From Christensenella sp. UBA7102 (GTDB lineage Bacteria > Bacillota > Clostridia > Christensenellales > UBA1750), in contig DKYK01000038.1 in assembly GCA_002492415.1 (NCBI GenBank), positions 47,028 through 111,027 of the forward strand: 64,000 bases of DNA, written 5' to 3'. Of this stretch, positions 17,107 through 26,835 are shown in pieces. Numbering within the stretch: the stretch's first letter is position 1; each line of letters starts with the position of its first letter. The position numbers and the translations under genes are program-made. Under the pieces are notes generated by a model, which was not told the DNA's origin, ran no database searches, and saw nothing but the letters and a program-made list of their open reading frames with translations.

Positions 17107-17709
17107 TTATGCGTCCAGCCGCACGGCCGTCTCCACTGCCACGGTCAGGATACGGCGGCTCAGGTCTTCCGGCATGGAGCCCAGTATGCGCTGGTCCCAG
17201 TCTTCTCCGTCCAGGCAGTCCGCCGTGTACAGCAGCTGATACACCTGCGCGCCCCTAAACTGCGCCACAGCCATGATCGACGCGCACTCCATCTCCACCG
17301 CAGCGCAGCCCTCCGCCCGGCGCGCCTCCATGTTGCGGCGCGTCTCGCGGTAGAAGGCGTCGGTGGTCCAGGTTTTGACGCGGGTGTGCGGCACGTGCAG
17401 CTCCTCCAGTACCTGCGAAAGCCTTTGCGCCGTGGGGACGTCGATGTAATCGCCCGGCGGCGCGTAGTGGTAGCTCACGCCCTCGTCGCGATAGGCGGCG
17501 GTGGGCACCAGCAGATGCCCGCTGGTGACCTTCGCGTCCAGCGAGCCGCAGGAGCCGACGAACAGGAATCGCTTTGCGCCCTTGCACAGCAGTTCCTCCA
17601 CCACCCCGGCGCACGCCGCACCGCCCAGCGGCGCCTGCATAAAGCCCAGCCGCGCGCCCTTGTGTACAAAAGAAAAGCGGATGCCGCACATTTTTTGCGA
17701 CATCCGCAT
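17107..17709 (-). CDS. PNP/UDP-family nucleoside phosphorylase, N-terminally short
   Basis: GGAACAGVVEELLCKGAKRFLFVGSCGSL and VEMECASIMAVA parallel E. coli Udp. The product starts at a position equivalent to about residue 45 of Udp. Confidence 0.7.
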   Translation of the reverse strand: MRMSQKMCGIRFSFVHKGARLGFMQAPLGGAACAGVVEELLCKGAKRFLFVGSCGSLDAKVTSGHLLVPTAAYRDEGVSYHYAPPGDYIDVPTAQRLSQVLEELHVPHTRVKTWTTDAFYRETRRNMEARRAEGCAAVEMECASIMAVAQFRGAQVYQLLYTADCLDGEDWDQRILGSMPEDLSRRILTVAVETAVRLDA

Positions 17710-17719
17710 TTTTGTTGCC

Positions 17720-19210
17720 TTACTTGGCCCAGAGACGCACCTCGTCGGGCATACTGGCCGGCTCCACCACGTCGTTATGACGCTTTTTCTTGGTGGGCAG
17801 CTCGCGCAGCGTGCGCGGCATGGGTAGCCCGCTGACCCGCTCCAGCTCGTCCGAGCAGGCAAACTCGTCCAGCTTTTCTGCAGCAGCCGCGCCCTCCAGC
17901 GCGGTGAGCACGCTGCGGCCGAACTTGTAGGGGCTGGCGGTGGACACAATCACCATCGGACGCGCATCGCCGGTGGCCTTCCGATACTGCTCGGCAACCG
18001 CCCAGGCAACGGCGGTATGGGGATCCATGGTATAGCCGCACTCCGCGTTCACGCGCGAGATGGCGGCAAGCGCCGTTTCGTCGCCCGCCCAGCCGGCGGA
18101 GAAGCTCTCCTGCAGCGCCGCGCGCGTGCCCGCATCCACCGTGTATTCGCCGCCGGTCCTCAGCGCCTGCATCCAGGCGCTCACCTGCGCGTCATCCCGA
18201 CCGCACAGCTCAAAGAGCAGACGCTCAAGGTTGGAGGACACCAGGATGTCCATCGAGGGCGAGGTGGTCTTGTGGAAGGGACGATTGGCGTCATACACGC
18301 CCTGCTCAATGAAATCAAACAGCACGTTGTTCGCGTTGCTGGCGCAGACGAGCCGTCCGACGGGCAGACCCATGCGCTTGGCGTAGTAGGCAGCCAGTAT
18401 GTTTCCGAAGTTGCCGGTGGGCACGCAGAAGTTGACCTCCTGGCCCATCCGGATGGCGCCGGTTTTCAGCAGATCCGCATACGCGGAGAAGTAGTACGCC
18501 ACCTGCGGCACCAGGCGTCCCCAGTTGATGGAGTTGGCACTGGAAAGCACGTAGCCCTTTTCCGCCAGCTCTTTTGCAAACGCGTCGTCACCAAAAATGC
18601 GCTTGACGCCTGTCTGTGCGTCGTCAAAGTTGCCTTTTACGGCGCAGACATGGACATTTTTCCCCTCCTGGGTGATCATCTGCAGCTTCTGCGCGGGCGA
18701 GACGCCATCCACCGGGTAGAACACGCCCACCTGGGTGCCCTCCACGTCGCAAAAGCCCTCCAGCGCGGCCTTGCCCGTGTCTCCGGATGTGGCCACGAGG
18801 ATGAACACCTGCTGATCCACGCCGGTCTTCTTCATGGCGCGGGTCATCAGGCGCGGCAGCATCTGCAGGGCCATGTCCTTAAATGCGTGGGTAGGGCCGT
18901 GCCACAGCTCCAGCACGTGCATATCGCCAACGGCTTTGAGCGGCGCGGGATCGTCGCCGAAGCGCTCGGCGGCATAGGCGCCCGCCACACACTCGTCAAT
19001 CTCCTGCCGGGTATAGTCGGTCAGGTACGCGCTCAGGACCTCCCCGGCGCGGGCGGCATAGGTCATGCCCGCCATGCTCTCAATGCGGTCGGCCGAAAAG
19101 GACGGGAAGTCCTCCGGCACGTAAAGACCACCTTCGTGGGAGAGTCCCGCGACGATGGCCTGTGCCGCATCCACTTGTCGCGCCTTATCGCGCGTGCTCA
19201 CATACTTCAT
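17720..19210 (-). CDS. thrC: threonine synthase (long form)
   Basis: 496 aa. The product has MKYVSTRD and the PLP-lysine region PTHAFKDMALQ. AAGAGGAA precedes the ATG. Confidence 0.95.
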   Translation of the reverse strand: MKYVSTRDKARQVDAAQAIVAGLSHEGGLYVPEDFPSFSADRIESMAGMTYAARAGEVLSAYLTDYTRQEIDECVAGAYAAERFGDDPAPLKAVGDMHVLELWHGPTHAFKDMALQMLPRLMTRAMKKTGVDQQVFILVATSGDTGKAALEGFCDVEGTQVGVFYPVDGVSPAQKLQMITQEGKNVHVCAVKGNFDDAQTGVKRIFGDDAFAKELAEKGYVLSSANSINWGRLVPQVAYYFSAYADLLKTGAIRMGQEVNFCVPTGNFGNILAAYYAKRMGLPVGRLVCASNANNVLFDFIEQGVYDANRPFHKTTSPSMDILVSSNLERLLFELCGRDDAQVSAWMQALRTGGEYTVDAGTRAALQESFSAGWAGDETALAAISRVNAECGYTMDPHTAVAWAVAEQYRKATGDARPMVIVSTASPYKFGRSVLTALEGAAAAEKLDEFACSDELERVSGLPMPRTLRELPTKKKRHNDVVEPASMPDEVRLWAK

Positions 19211-19247
19211 GGATGCAAATTCCTCTTTTAACGAAAGATTAGCGCTG

Positions 19248-19661
19248 TCATTCCTGGATGTACTTCTTCAGGAACTCAGGGACCTCGTCATCCTTTGCGC
19301 TGGCGGAAATGACTACGTCCACGCCATGGCGATGGGTGATCTCCTCCAGCTTGACAAAGAAAGCCTCCAGATCCGCCATGTCGCTCTTGACAAGGCGCAG
19401 GAAGCCATCGATAAACAGCTGCTTCATATCATAGTTGCCCGCCAGGATGCCGCAAATGAAGCCCATAAAGGTGTCAGGGCTGGTCACGTCGTATTCCGTG
19501 GCGTTGACAAAGCGAATTTCATGGCGCAGGTCGTACATGTAACGATTGTCATCGTCGATGAACACCAGCTCACCCGTGGAGACCTTGACTGCCTCGTTTG
19601 CCGCGTCGATGATCTTCTTGGTTTTGCCGGAGCCCTTCTTGCCGTAAATGATGCGAATCAT
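19248..19661 (-). CDS. 137-aa minimal P-loop NTPase of unknown function
   Basis: Walker A is GKKGSGKT and the Walker B-like segment is LVFIDDD. AAAGGAGGAAGG precedes the ATG. The gene lies directly upstream of thrC. Confidence 0.7.
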   Translation of the reverse strand: MIRIIYGKKGSGKTKKIIDAANEAVKVSTGELVFIDDDNRYMYDLRHEIRFVNATEYDVTSPDTFMGFICGILAGNYDMKQLFIDGFLRLVKSDMADLEAFFVKLEEITHRHGVDVVISASAKDDEVPEFLKKYIQE

Positions 19662-19845
19662 GTGACCTTCCTCCTTTCTTTTGTAGCCTTATTATACATG
19701 AATTGATAGGGTTAATCCAGTGTTAATTTGCAGTTTTTCGTAAACTTTTTTTCCGAACGAACCTTTTTCCTGCAAGCAGCGCTTTTGCGCAGGCCGAGCC
19801 GAACATATCGCCCGCCCTCACCCGCTCTCTTTGCGGAACGTACGG

Positions 19846-21243
19846 TCACAGCACGCGCTTATGCGCCATCAGCTCGTCGAAGAATCCGGGATCGGCGTCG
19901 AACACCATCTGCTCCAGTTCTTCGTCTCCCATCACGGTATTGCGGCCGCGCGCATACTCGGCGTCCACGCGCTCCCTGACCGCCATCACCAGCTCGTGAC
20001 GCTTGCTCAGCGCATGCTCGCCCTTGAGATTGAAGTAGCCGTTGATCCAGTGCGCGATGCCCGCCAGGCCCGAGTGACTGTCCACCGCGACGGTGGCAGG
20101 GCGGTTGAGAATCTTGCCCGTGTCGAATATATTGTAGATCTCCTCGTCCTTGAGCAGGCCGTCGGCGTGGATGCCGGCGCGGGTGCTGTTGAAGGATCGG
20201 CCCACAAAGGGCGTGCGCGGCGGCACCGCGTAGCCGATGTCTTTTTCAAAGAACTCCGCAATATCGGTAATGGCGGTAAAATCCATGCCGTCCTGCGTGC
20301 CGCGCAGCTGCGCGTACTCGATGGCCATGGCCTCCAGCGGGCAGTTGCCCGTGCGCTCGCCGATGCCCAGCAGCGCGCAGTTGACCGACGCGCAGCCGTA
20401 GAGCCACGCCGCGTCGGCGTTTGTGACCACCTTGTAAAAGTCGTTGTGACCGTGCCACTCCAGCCAGGCGGATGGCACGTCCGCATAATGCCGCAGGCCG
20501 TACATGATGCCCGGCACCGACCGGGGCAGCGCCACGCCCGGGAAGGACACGCCGTAACCCAGCGTATCGCACGCGCGGATCTTGATGCGGATGCCGCTCT
20601 CCTTGGCAAGGTTCATCAGCTCCGTCGCAAAGGGCACCACAAAGCCGTAGAAATCCGCCCGGGTGATGTCCTCAAAGTGGCAGCGCGGGCGAATGCCATG
20701 CTCCAGCGCGGCCTTGACAATTCCCAGATACTGATCCATCGCCTGGCGGCGCGTCATGTGCATCTTCTTGAAGATATGATAGTCCGAGCAGGACACCAAT
20801 ATGCCCGTCTCCTGCAGTCCCATCTCCTTGACCAGCTCAAAATCCTTTTCGTTTGCGCGGATCCACGAGGTGATCTCGGGGAACTCCAGCCCCAGCTCCA
20901 TGCAGCGACGCACGGCCTCTTTGTCCTTTTCCGTATAGAGAAAGAACTCGCTCTGCCGCACGATGCCTTTGGGTCCGCCCAGGCGCGAGAGGAGCTTGAA
21001 AAGCGTGACGATCTGATCCACCGTAAAGGGCGAGCAGCTCTGCTGTCCATCGCGGAAAGTCGTGTCGGTGATCCAGATTTCCTCGGGCATATGCAGCGGC
21101 ACGACGCGATGGTTAAACGCGATTTTGGGCACGGACTCATAATCGTACAGCTCACGGTAGAGGTTGGGTTCAGCCACATCCTGCAGCTGATACTTATAGT
21201 TGGCCTGCTCCAGCAGGTTGGACTTTGCGTCAAATTCCAGCAT
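19846..21243 (-). CDS. isopropylmalate/homocitrate synthase-family enzyme, probable Re-citrate synthase
   Basis: The HMGL-like barrel signature is WITDTTFRDGQQ and HGHNDFY. The length and N-terminal extension resemble the Clostridium kluyveri Re-citrate synthase family as I recall it. The specific function is less certain than the CDS call. Confidence 0.8.
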   Translation of the reverse strand: MLEFDAKSNLLEQANYKYQLQDVAEPNLYRELYDYESVPKIAFNHRVVPLHMPEEIWITDTTFRDGQQSCSPFTVDQIVTLFKLLSRLGGPKGIVRQSEFFLYTEKDKEAVRRCMELGLEFPEITSWIRANEKDFELVKEMGLQETGILVSCSDYHIFKKMHMTRRQAMDQYLGIVKAALEHGIRPRCHFEDITRADFYGFVVPFATELMNLAKESGIRIKIRACDTLGYGVSFPGVALPRSVPGIMYGLRHYADVPSAWLEWHGHNDFYKVVTNADAAWLYGCASVNCALLGIGERTGNCPLEAMAIEYAQLRGTQDGMDFTAITDIAEFFEKDIGYAVPPRTPFVGRSFNSTRAGIHADGLLKDEEIYNIFDTGKILNRPATVAVDSHSGLAGIAHWINGYFNLKGEHALSKRHELVMAVRERVDAEYARGRNTVMGDEELEQMVFDADPGFFDELMAHKRVL

Positions 21244-21280
21244 CGTTTTGCCTCCTCTTTCTGCGCATGCGCCAGGGTAA

Positions 21281-21309
21281 TCAAACGGGGAGAGCGATGC
21301 GCCCTCCCC
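21281..21309 (-). terminator. weak terminator after the aminotransferase gene
   Basis: GGGGAG / CTCCCC stem followed by GTTTGATT on the minus strand. Confidence 0.4.
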
Positions 21310-21330
21310 GGTAAAAGTAACGCTACAAAA

Positions 21331-22530
21331 TCAATCCTCCAGGCTCAGCGCAAACTCGCGGATGCGCCCCAGACCCTTTTCAATGTTTTCCATGTTCGTG
21401 GCGTAGGACAGGCGCACGTACTGATCCGCGCCAAAGCCCACGCCGGGCACCACGGCCACCTGCTTGCTCTCCAGCAGCAGCTCGGTAAAGGACATCGAGC
21501 CCGTCACCGGCACGCCGTTCAGTTTCTTGCCGATGAGACCGGAGATGTTCATCATCACGTAGAACGCACCCTTGGGCGGCTTACAGGACAGGCCGGGGAT
21601 GGCATTGATGAGTTCCACCATGCGCCGCCTTCTGCAGTCAAACTCCGCCACCATGTTCTTGAGCTGGTCGTCGGGGCCGGAGAGCGCCGCCAGCGCCGCC
21701 CACTGGGCGATGGAGTTGGGATTGGAGGTGGAGTGGCTCTGGAAATTGGTCATGGCCTTGGCCACGTGCAGGGGGCTTGCGGTGTAGCCGATGCGCCAGC
21801 CCGTCATAGCATACGCCTTGGACATGCCGTTGATGACAATGGTGCGCTCCTGAAGCTCGGGAGAGAGCGACGCGATGGACACGTGCTCCGCGCCGTCGTA
21901 GACCAGGTATTCATAGATTTCATCCGATACGATGGTCAGATCGTGGCGGATAGCGATATCTCCGATGGCCTGCAACTCCTGTCGGGTGTAGACAAAGCCA
22001 TTGGGATTGTTGGGCGAATTGAGCACAATGGCGCGCGTGCGATCCGTGACGGCGGCCTCGATGCGTTCCGGTGTGAGCTTAAAGCAATTCTCTTCCTCCG
22101 CCTGAACCACCACGGGCACACCGCCCGCCATGATCACCAGCTCCGGATAGCTGACCCAGTAGGGGCCGGGCACGATCACCTCGTCGCCCTCATCCAGCAG
22201 CGCCTGAAAAGAGTTGAACAGCGAATGCTTCGCGCCGTTGGATACCACGATCTGCTGGGGCTGGTACACAAGCCCGTTGTCGCGCCTGAGCTTTTCGCAC
22301 ACCGCTTTTTTCAGCTCCAGCATGCCCGATGCGGGCGTATACCGCGTCATGCCCCGATCCAGCGCTTCCTTAGCCGCGTTGCGGATGTGCTCGGGCGTAT
22401 CAAAGTCCGGTTCTCCAGCGCCAAAACCCACCACATCCAGGCCTCTTGCCTTCATTTCCTTCGCCTTTGCGTCAATCTCGAGCGTCAGCGAGCCCGTCAC
22501 GGCCTGACAGCGCTTGGAAATCCTCATCAT
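21331..22530 (-). CDS. aspartate aminotransferase (class I PLP aminotransferase)
   Basis: The product has GAGEPDFDTP, NSPNNPNG and SKAYAMTGWRIGY. I place the start at MMRISKR (22530). The track's upstream 44 codons are unsupported. Confidence 0.9.
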   Translation of the reverse strand: MMRISKRCQAVTGSLTLEIDAKAKEMKARGLDVVGFGAGEPDFDTPEHIRNAAKEALDRGMTRYTPASGMLELKKAVCEKLRRDNGLVYQPQQIVVSNGAKHSLFNSFQALLDEGDEVIVPGPYWVSYPELVIMAGGVPVVVQAEEENCFKLTPERIEAAVTDRTRAIVLNSPNNPNGFVYTRQELQAIGDIAIRHDLTIVSDEIYEYLVYDGAEHVSIASLSPELQERTIVINGMSKAYAMTGWRIGYTASPLHVAKAMTNFQSHSTSNPNSIAQWAALAALSGPDDQLKNMVAEFDCRRRRMVELINAIPGLSCKPPKGAFYVMMNISGLIGKKLNGVPVTGSMSFTELLLESKQVAVVPGVGFGADQYVRLSYATNMENIEKGLGRIREFALSLED

Positions 22531-22633
22531 GGTAATTGCATCGCCTTTCTTCACTATATGCAGCGTCATTGCAGCAGCTTGTATGTTTCTCTGTTCTCCC
22601 CACGCGGCTTCTGCCCGCAGAGACGATGATTGC

Positions 22634-22662
22634 ATTGTACCCCATCGCCCATTTTTTTGCAA
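22634..22662 (-). promoter_or_regulatory. SigA-type promoter, TTGCAA-17-TACAAT, for the aminotransferase gene
   Basis: It was read on the minus strand and implies a leader of about 100 nt. Confidence 0.5.
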
Positions 22663-22871
22663 GAGGTTTCATCCGAAAATTCAAAAATTAACTTCATCGC
22701 GCACAATCAGTTTCTCATTCTCTTTTTTTTGCAAGTTTTCTTTTCGTGTCCCCATCAAAACACAGCGCGTACGACTGCCGATTCCGTTTGAGGCTTTCCC
22801 CGGTCAGAAGCGGCGGTCGCCCGCGCTGCCATGAAAGTTTATTCAATCCGCCCTGCAATGCGTCCTTCCCG

Positions 22872-24053
22872 CTATTCGCGCGTTCTGCGGAACCAACGCT
22901 TTTTCTTCGGCTCCGTCGGCTTGGGTCCCACGCGCGCAGCCGTAAAGCGCGAGAGCTGCGCACCGATAAACGCCGCCACCGGCACGCCCAGCACCATGCC
23001 CGCCAGCCCAAACGCGCCGCCCGCCGATACCGCCAGCAGCACCCAGAAGGGCCGCAGGTTCACGCCCTCGCCCATCACCTTCGGGCCGATGACGTAGCCG
23101 TCCAGCTGCTGCAGCACCAGTATGAACAGGCCGGCAAACAGCGCCTTTGCAGGGCTGATGAGCAGCACCAGCAGCACAGTGATGAGAAAGCCCACGATGG
23201 GCCCATAGAAGGGCACAATATTGGTAATGGCTCCCACCAGCGCAAAGAGCACCGCGTAGGGCACATTGTAGGCGGAATACCCGGCCAGCGTCACCACGAA
23301 CACCATCAGCGACTCAAACAGCCGCGCGCGGATGTACTGGCCAAAGATGCGGTCGGCGTCGTGTGCGAACAGAAACAGCTTCTCAGCCCGCTCATTTTGG
23401 AACAGCGAACGCGTCAAACGCTTGACACTCTGCTTGATGCGCTCCATGTCCATCAGCAGGTAGACGCTGGTCATGAACGCGATAAAGCTGTCCGTCAGCA
23501 CACCCGTGACCTTCTTGACCGTGCCGGGCACGGCCTGCACGATCTGCTGCGTGCCCTCCTCCAGCAGCAGGCCCACGCGCTCCATCCCGCTCTCAATGGC
23601 CCTGCGCACCGCGGGCTGGCTGAGAATGGCATTCTCGTCCAGCAACCTGACGGCAATTCCGTTGCCCTTTTCCAGATAAGCGGGCAGATTGGCCGCAAAG
23701 TCCTGCACATTGCTGACCAGTATAGGCACAAGGTAGCTCAGCAGCCAACCCACGCACGTCAACAGCAGCACATAGACCGCCAGCACCGACGCACCCCGGC
23801 GCAGCCTGTCCCTCCGGATAAAGCGGAACACGCGTCGGTCCATCGTGCGCACCAGCGGCAGCAGGATGTAGCTGACCGCCGCGCCCACCACAAAGGGAAG
23901 CAGCACCGTGCCCGCCTGTCCCAGCCCCGTGCGCATCGCGCCCAGCAGGTCGTCGATGTCGTCTATGACGCGGTAGAAGATGATGATAGCCGCAACGGTC
24001 ACAAATACCCAGATCGCCGTTCGCGCCTCTTTGGACTTCCAATCGATCTTCAT
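22872..24053 (-). CDS. AI-2E (PerM) family transporter
   Basis: About 8 TM segments with the family's typical C-terminal region (LDGYVIGPKVMGEGVNLRPFWVLLAV). I prefer the start MKIDWKS. Confidence 0.85.
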   Translation of the reverse strand: MKIDWKSKEARTAIWVFVTVAAIIIFYRVIDDIDDLLGAMRTGLGQAGTVLLPFVVGAAVSYILLPLVRTMDRRVFRFIRRDRLRRGASVLAVYVLLLTCVGWLLSYLVPILVSNVQDFAANLPAYLEKGNGIAVRLLDENAILSQPAVRRAIESGMERVGLLLEEGTQQIVQAVPGTVKKVTGVLTDSFIAFMTSVYLLMDMERIKQSVKRLTRSLFQNERAEKLFLFAHDADRIFGQYIRARLFESLMVFVVTLAGYSAYNVPYAVLFALVGAITNIVPFYGPIVGFLITVLLVLLISPAKALFAGLFILVLQQLDGYVIGPKVMGEGVNLRPFWVLLAVSAGGAFGLAGMVLGVPVAAFIGAQLSRFTAARVGPKPTEPKKKRWFRRTRE

Positions 24054-24176
24054 GAGTCCCACCGCTTTCCAAATTTTGTATCTCAGGTTCTGTATCTGTA
24101 CAGTCTTACTTTATCATCGACATGCCGTCCTTGTCTATACCTGCAAAATATATTTTGTGCTTGCACGCCTTTTCCC

Positions 24177-24205
24177 TTGCGCCCGCGGCCCTTCAATGCT
24201 ATCAT
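24177..24205 (+). promoter_or_regulatory. SigA-type promoter, TTGCGC-17-TATCAT, for the three-gene sugar-isomerase operon
   Basis: It was read directly, about 50 nt upstream of the ATG at 24257. Confidence 0.45.
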
Positions 24206-24256
24206 GGAGGTACCGGAGCACTTTTTCTCATCATCTATCGAAGGGGGTCCAAGCCC

Positions 24257-25012
24257 ATGCGCTTCTCGCTCAACCTCCCCGGTCTGTTCCCCGGTCTCTC
24301 CTTTGAAGAGGCCTTCCGCATCATGCAGCAGTACCGATTTGACACGCTGGAAACCTGGACGCTGACCGATGCCGACGTCCCCGCGCTGCGCAGCGCGCTG
24401 GAAACCTTTGGCATGAAGCTGTCCACCTGCTGCCCTTCCTTCTTCATACTCAACGACCCTGATCGCCGTGACGAGTATGAGGCCTCTCTGTGCAAGGCGC
24501 TGCGCACCGTCGACGCGTTGGGCTGCCCTTCGCTCATCACACAGGTGGGGCAGGACACCGGCGCGCCGCGTGAGGCTCAGCACCAGTCCATCGTAGACGG
24601 CCTGCGCCGCATGGCGCCGCTGCTGGAAAAGGCGGGCGTCACGCTGCTGGTGGAGCCGCTCAACGACGTCAAGGACCACAAGGGTTATTACCTGACTGAC
24701 TCTAACGAGGGCTTTTCCATCATCCGGGAGGTAAACTCTCCCCGCGTGCGGCTTCTCTACGACGTCTATCACCAGCTGCACATGGGCGAGGACGTGCTGA
24801 CCCGCATCGAGCAGAACCTGCCGCTCATCGGTCACTTCCACATCGCCGGTTTCCCCAACCGCGACGACCGCATCTTTGAAAACTTCGACTATGCGTCCCT
24901 GTTTGAACTGCTGGGCAAGCACAACGTGCAGGCTCCCATCGGGGTGGAACTCTTCCCCAAGAGCCTGGAGGCCACGTGCGCACTGCTTCAGCAGCTTCAG
25001 CCCTATTGCTAA
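24257..25012 (+). CDS. hydroxypyruvate isomerase-like TIM-barrel protein
   Basis: MRFSLNL.., LLVEPLN, LLYDVYHQ and IGHFHIAGFPNR parallel the Hyi family. The start follows GAAGGGGG. Confidence 0.8.
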   Translation: MRFSLNLPGLFPGLSFEEAFRIMQQYRFDTLETWTLTDADVPALRSALETFGMKLSTCCPSFFILNDPDRRDEYEASLCKALRTVDALGCPSLITQVGQDTGAPREAQHQSIVDGLRRMAPLLEKAGVTLLVEPLNDVKDHKGYYLTDSNEGFSIIREVNSPRVRLLYDVYHQLHMGEDVLTRIEQNLPLIGHFHIAGFPNRDDRIFENFDYASLFELLGKHNVQAPIGVELFPKSLEATCALLQQLQPYC

Positions 25013-25101
25013 AAAACTGTGCATTGAAGAAAACTGCCACATGCGCTATACTATGAATGGAATAAAACCATACACACGCGATCTTAGGAGGCTCAATCAT
25101 T

Positions 25102-25929
25102 ATGGACATCAAACTGGGTTATCAAATCTATTCCGCCCGCGAGGAGGCCGAAAAGGATCTTGCCAGCGTCTGCGCCAAGCTCAAGGAGTTCGGCTATGAC
25201 GGCGTGGAGTTTGCCGGCTTCTACGGCTATACCGCCGCGCAGATCAGCGACATTCTCAAGGCAAACGGCCTGGCCGCTGTTTCCTCTCACGTCCCCTATG
25301 TCTCCATCATTGAGGATATGGAGGGCACCATCGCCTTCCACAAGGCCATCGGCTGCAAGTTCATCGCCGTGCCCTACCTCGACGAGCAGACCCGTCCCGG
25401 CGCGCCCGGCTTTGCCGCCGCCATCCGCAATATCGCCAAGTTTGGCGCACTGTGCAAGGCCGAGGGCATCCAGCTGCTCTACCACAACCATGACTTTGAG
25501 TTTGTAACCCTCAGCGGCGAGTATGGTCTGGACTTCCTCTACGACGCCATTCCGGCGGACCTGCTGGCCACCGAGCTGGATACCTGCTGGGTCAACGTCG
25601 CGGGTGAGAACCCCGCCGCCTATATCCGCAAGTACGCCGGCCGCTGCCCCGTGGTTCACCTGAAGGATTTCATCGGCGCCAAAAAGGACGGCGAGGCGCT
25701 CTACGCGCTGATCCAGGCCGACGGCTCCGATGATGTTAAGGTCGAGCAGAAGGAGGAGCCCGCGTTCGATTTCCGTCCCGTGGGTTATGGCAAGCAGGAC
25801 ATCCCCGGCATCATCGCCGCAGGCCTGGAGTCGGGCGCGCAGTGGTTCATCGTCGAACAGGACCGCTCCTCCGAGCGTCCGCCGCTGGATGCCGCTAAGA
25901 TGAGCTGCGGCTATGTGCGCGGCCTGTAA
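25102..25929 (+). CDS. sugar phosphate isomerase/epimerase (xylose-isomerase-like TIM barrel)
   Basis: YDGVEF, LLYHNHDFEF, ELDTCW and VHLKD are typical of this family. AGGAGG precedes the ATG. Confidence 0.85.
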   Translation: MDIKLGYQIYSAREEAEKDLASVCAKLKEFGYDGVEFAGFYGYTAAQISDILKANGLAAVSSHVPYVSIIEDMEGTIAFHKAIGCKFIAVPYLDEQTRPGAPGFAAAIRNIAKFGALCKAEGIQLLYHNHDFEFVTLSGEYGLDFLYDAIPADLLATELDTCWVNVAGENPAAYIRKYAGRCPVVHLKDFIGAKKDGEALYALIQADGSDDVKVEQKEEPAFDFRPVGYGKQDIPGIIAAGLESGAQWFIVEQDRSSERPPLDAAKMSCGYVRGL

Positions 25930-25966
25930 ATCGCGTCAATCACCGTTGATTTAGGAGGAAATTCTC

Positions 25967-26818
25967 ATGGCAAACAAGCCCTTTCCCCGTACAGAGGTCG
26001 CGGGCGTTTCACTTCCCCGCATGCTGATGGGCACCAACTGGGTCTACGGCTGGTCGCATACAGGCGCCGCCGCTGACCAGAACATCCAGCGGCTGAACGC
26101 CAACGCCCCCGCCATTCAGGAGATGCTCGAGGCCTACCTCGCCTACGACATCAACGCCATCATGGGTCCCATCTCCGATAAGCCCTTTACCTACGACGCC
26201 ATCCACGCCGCCGAGGACAAGACGGGCAAGGGCATCATCATCATCGACACGCCCATCATCAACGTGGACGATACCGCCGAGGGCCGCAAAGAGGCCGAGC
26301 GCGTGCTGGATAAGGTCAAGGCGGGCGGCGCGACCTTCTGCCTCATCCATCATTCCTCCGCCGAGCAGCTGGTCAACAAGAATAAGCAGATCATCGACCG
26401 CCTGCCCGACTACCTGTCCATGATCCGTGACCGCGGCATGATCCCCGGCTTGTCCGCGCACATGCCTGAGCTGGTCATCTACTCCGATCAGAACGAGTAC
26501 GACGTGCAGACCTACATCCAGATCTACAACTGCATGGGCTTCCTGATGCAGATTGAGGTTGAGTCCGTGCACAAGACCATCTGGAATGCCAAGAAGCCCG
26601 TGATGACCATTAAGTCCATGGCCGCCGGCCGCTGCTCGCCCTTTGTGGGCCTGACTTTCTCCTACAACACCATCCGTCCCTGCGATATGGTCACCGTCGG
26701 CGCGATGACCGCCGCCGAGGTGCATGAGGACGTGGAGATCGCCATGGCCGCCATTGAGCGCCGCTATCCCGACCTGGAGGGCCGCAGCAGCCCCAACAAG
26801 ACCGTCATCATGAAGTAA
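25967..26818 (+). CDS. conserved-looking hypothetical protein (283 aa), last gene of the sugar-isomerase operon
   Basis: The start has a strong RBS (AGGAGGAA), third-position G+C is high, and a strong terminator follows. I recognise no family. Confidence 0.75.
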   Translation: MANKPFPRTEVAGVSLPRMLMGTNWVYGWSHTGAAADQNIQRLNANAPAIQEMLEAYLAYDINAIMGPISDKPFTYDAIHAAEDKTGKGIIIIDTPIINVDDTAEGRKEAERVLDKVKAGGATFCLIHHSSAEQLVNKNKQIIDRLPDYLSMIRDRGMIPGLSAHMPELVIYSDQNEYDVQTYIQIYNCMGFLMQIEVESVHKTIWNAKKPVMTIKSMAAGRCSPFVGLTFSYNTIRPCDMVTVGAMTAAEVHEDVEIAMAAIERRYPDLEGRSSPNKTVIMK

Positions 26819-26835
26819 TGCTGTTTTTCTGCAGC

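Noticed and set aside
17710-17949. Upstream extension of the nucleoside phosphorylase ORF
   Set aside because: It overlaps the 3' end of thrC in another frame. The translation (MCPPPAPTSSAAACSPRW...) shows no similarity to PNP/UDP N-termini.
19831-22629. 932-aa ORF on the plus strand
   Set aside because: It is antisense to two well-supported minus-strand genes (the IPMS-like citrate synthase and the aminotransferase). Its translation is a monotonous His/Arg/Ala/Gly/Leu mix with no motif or RBS. This is a typical shadow ORF of GC-rich DNA.
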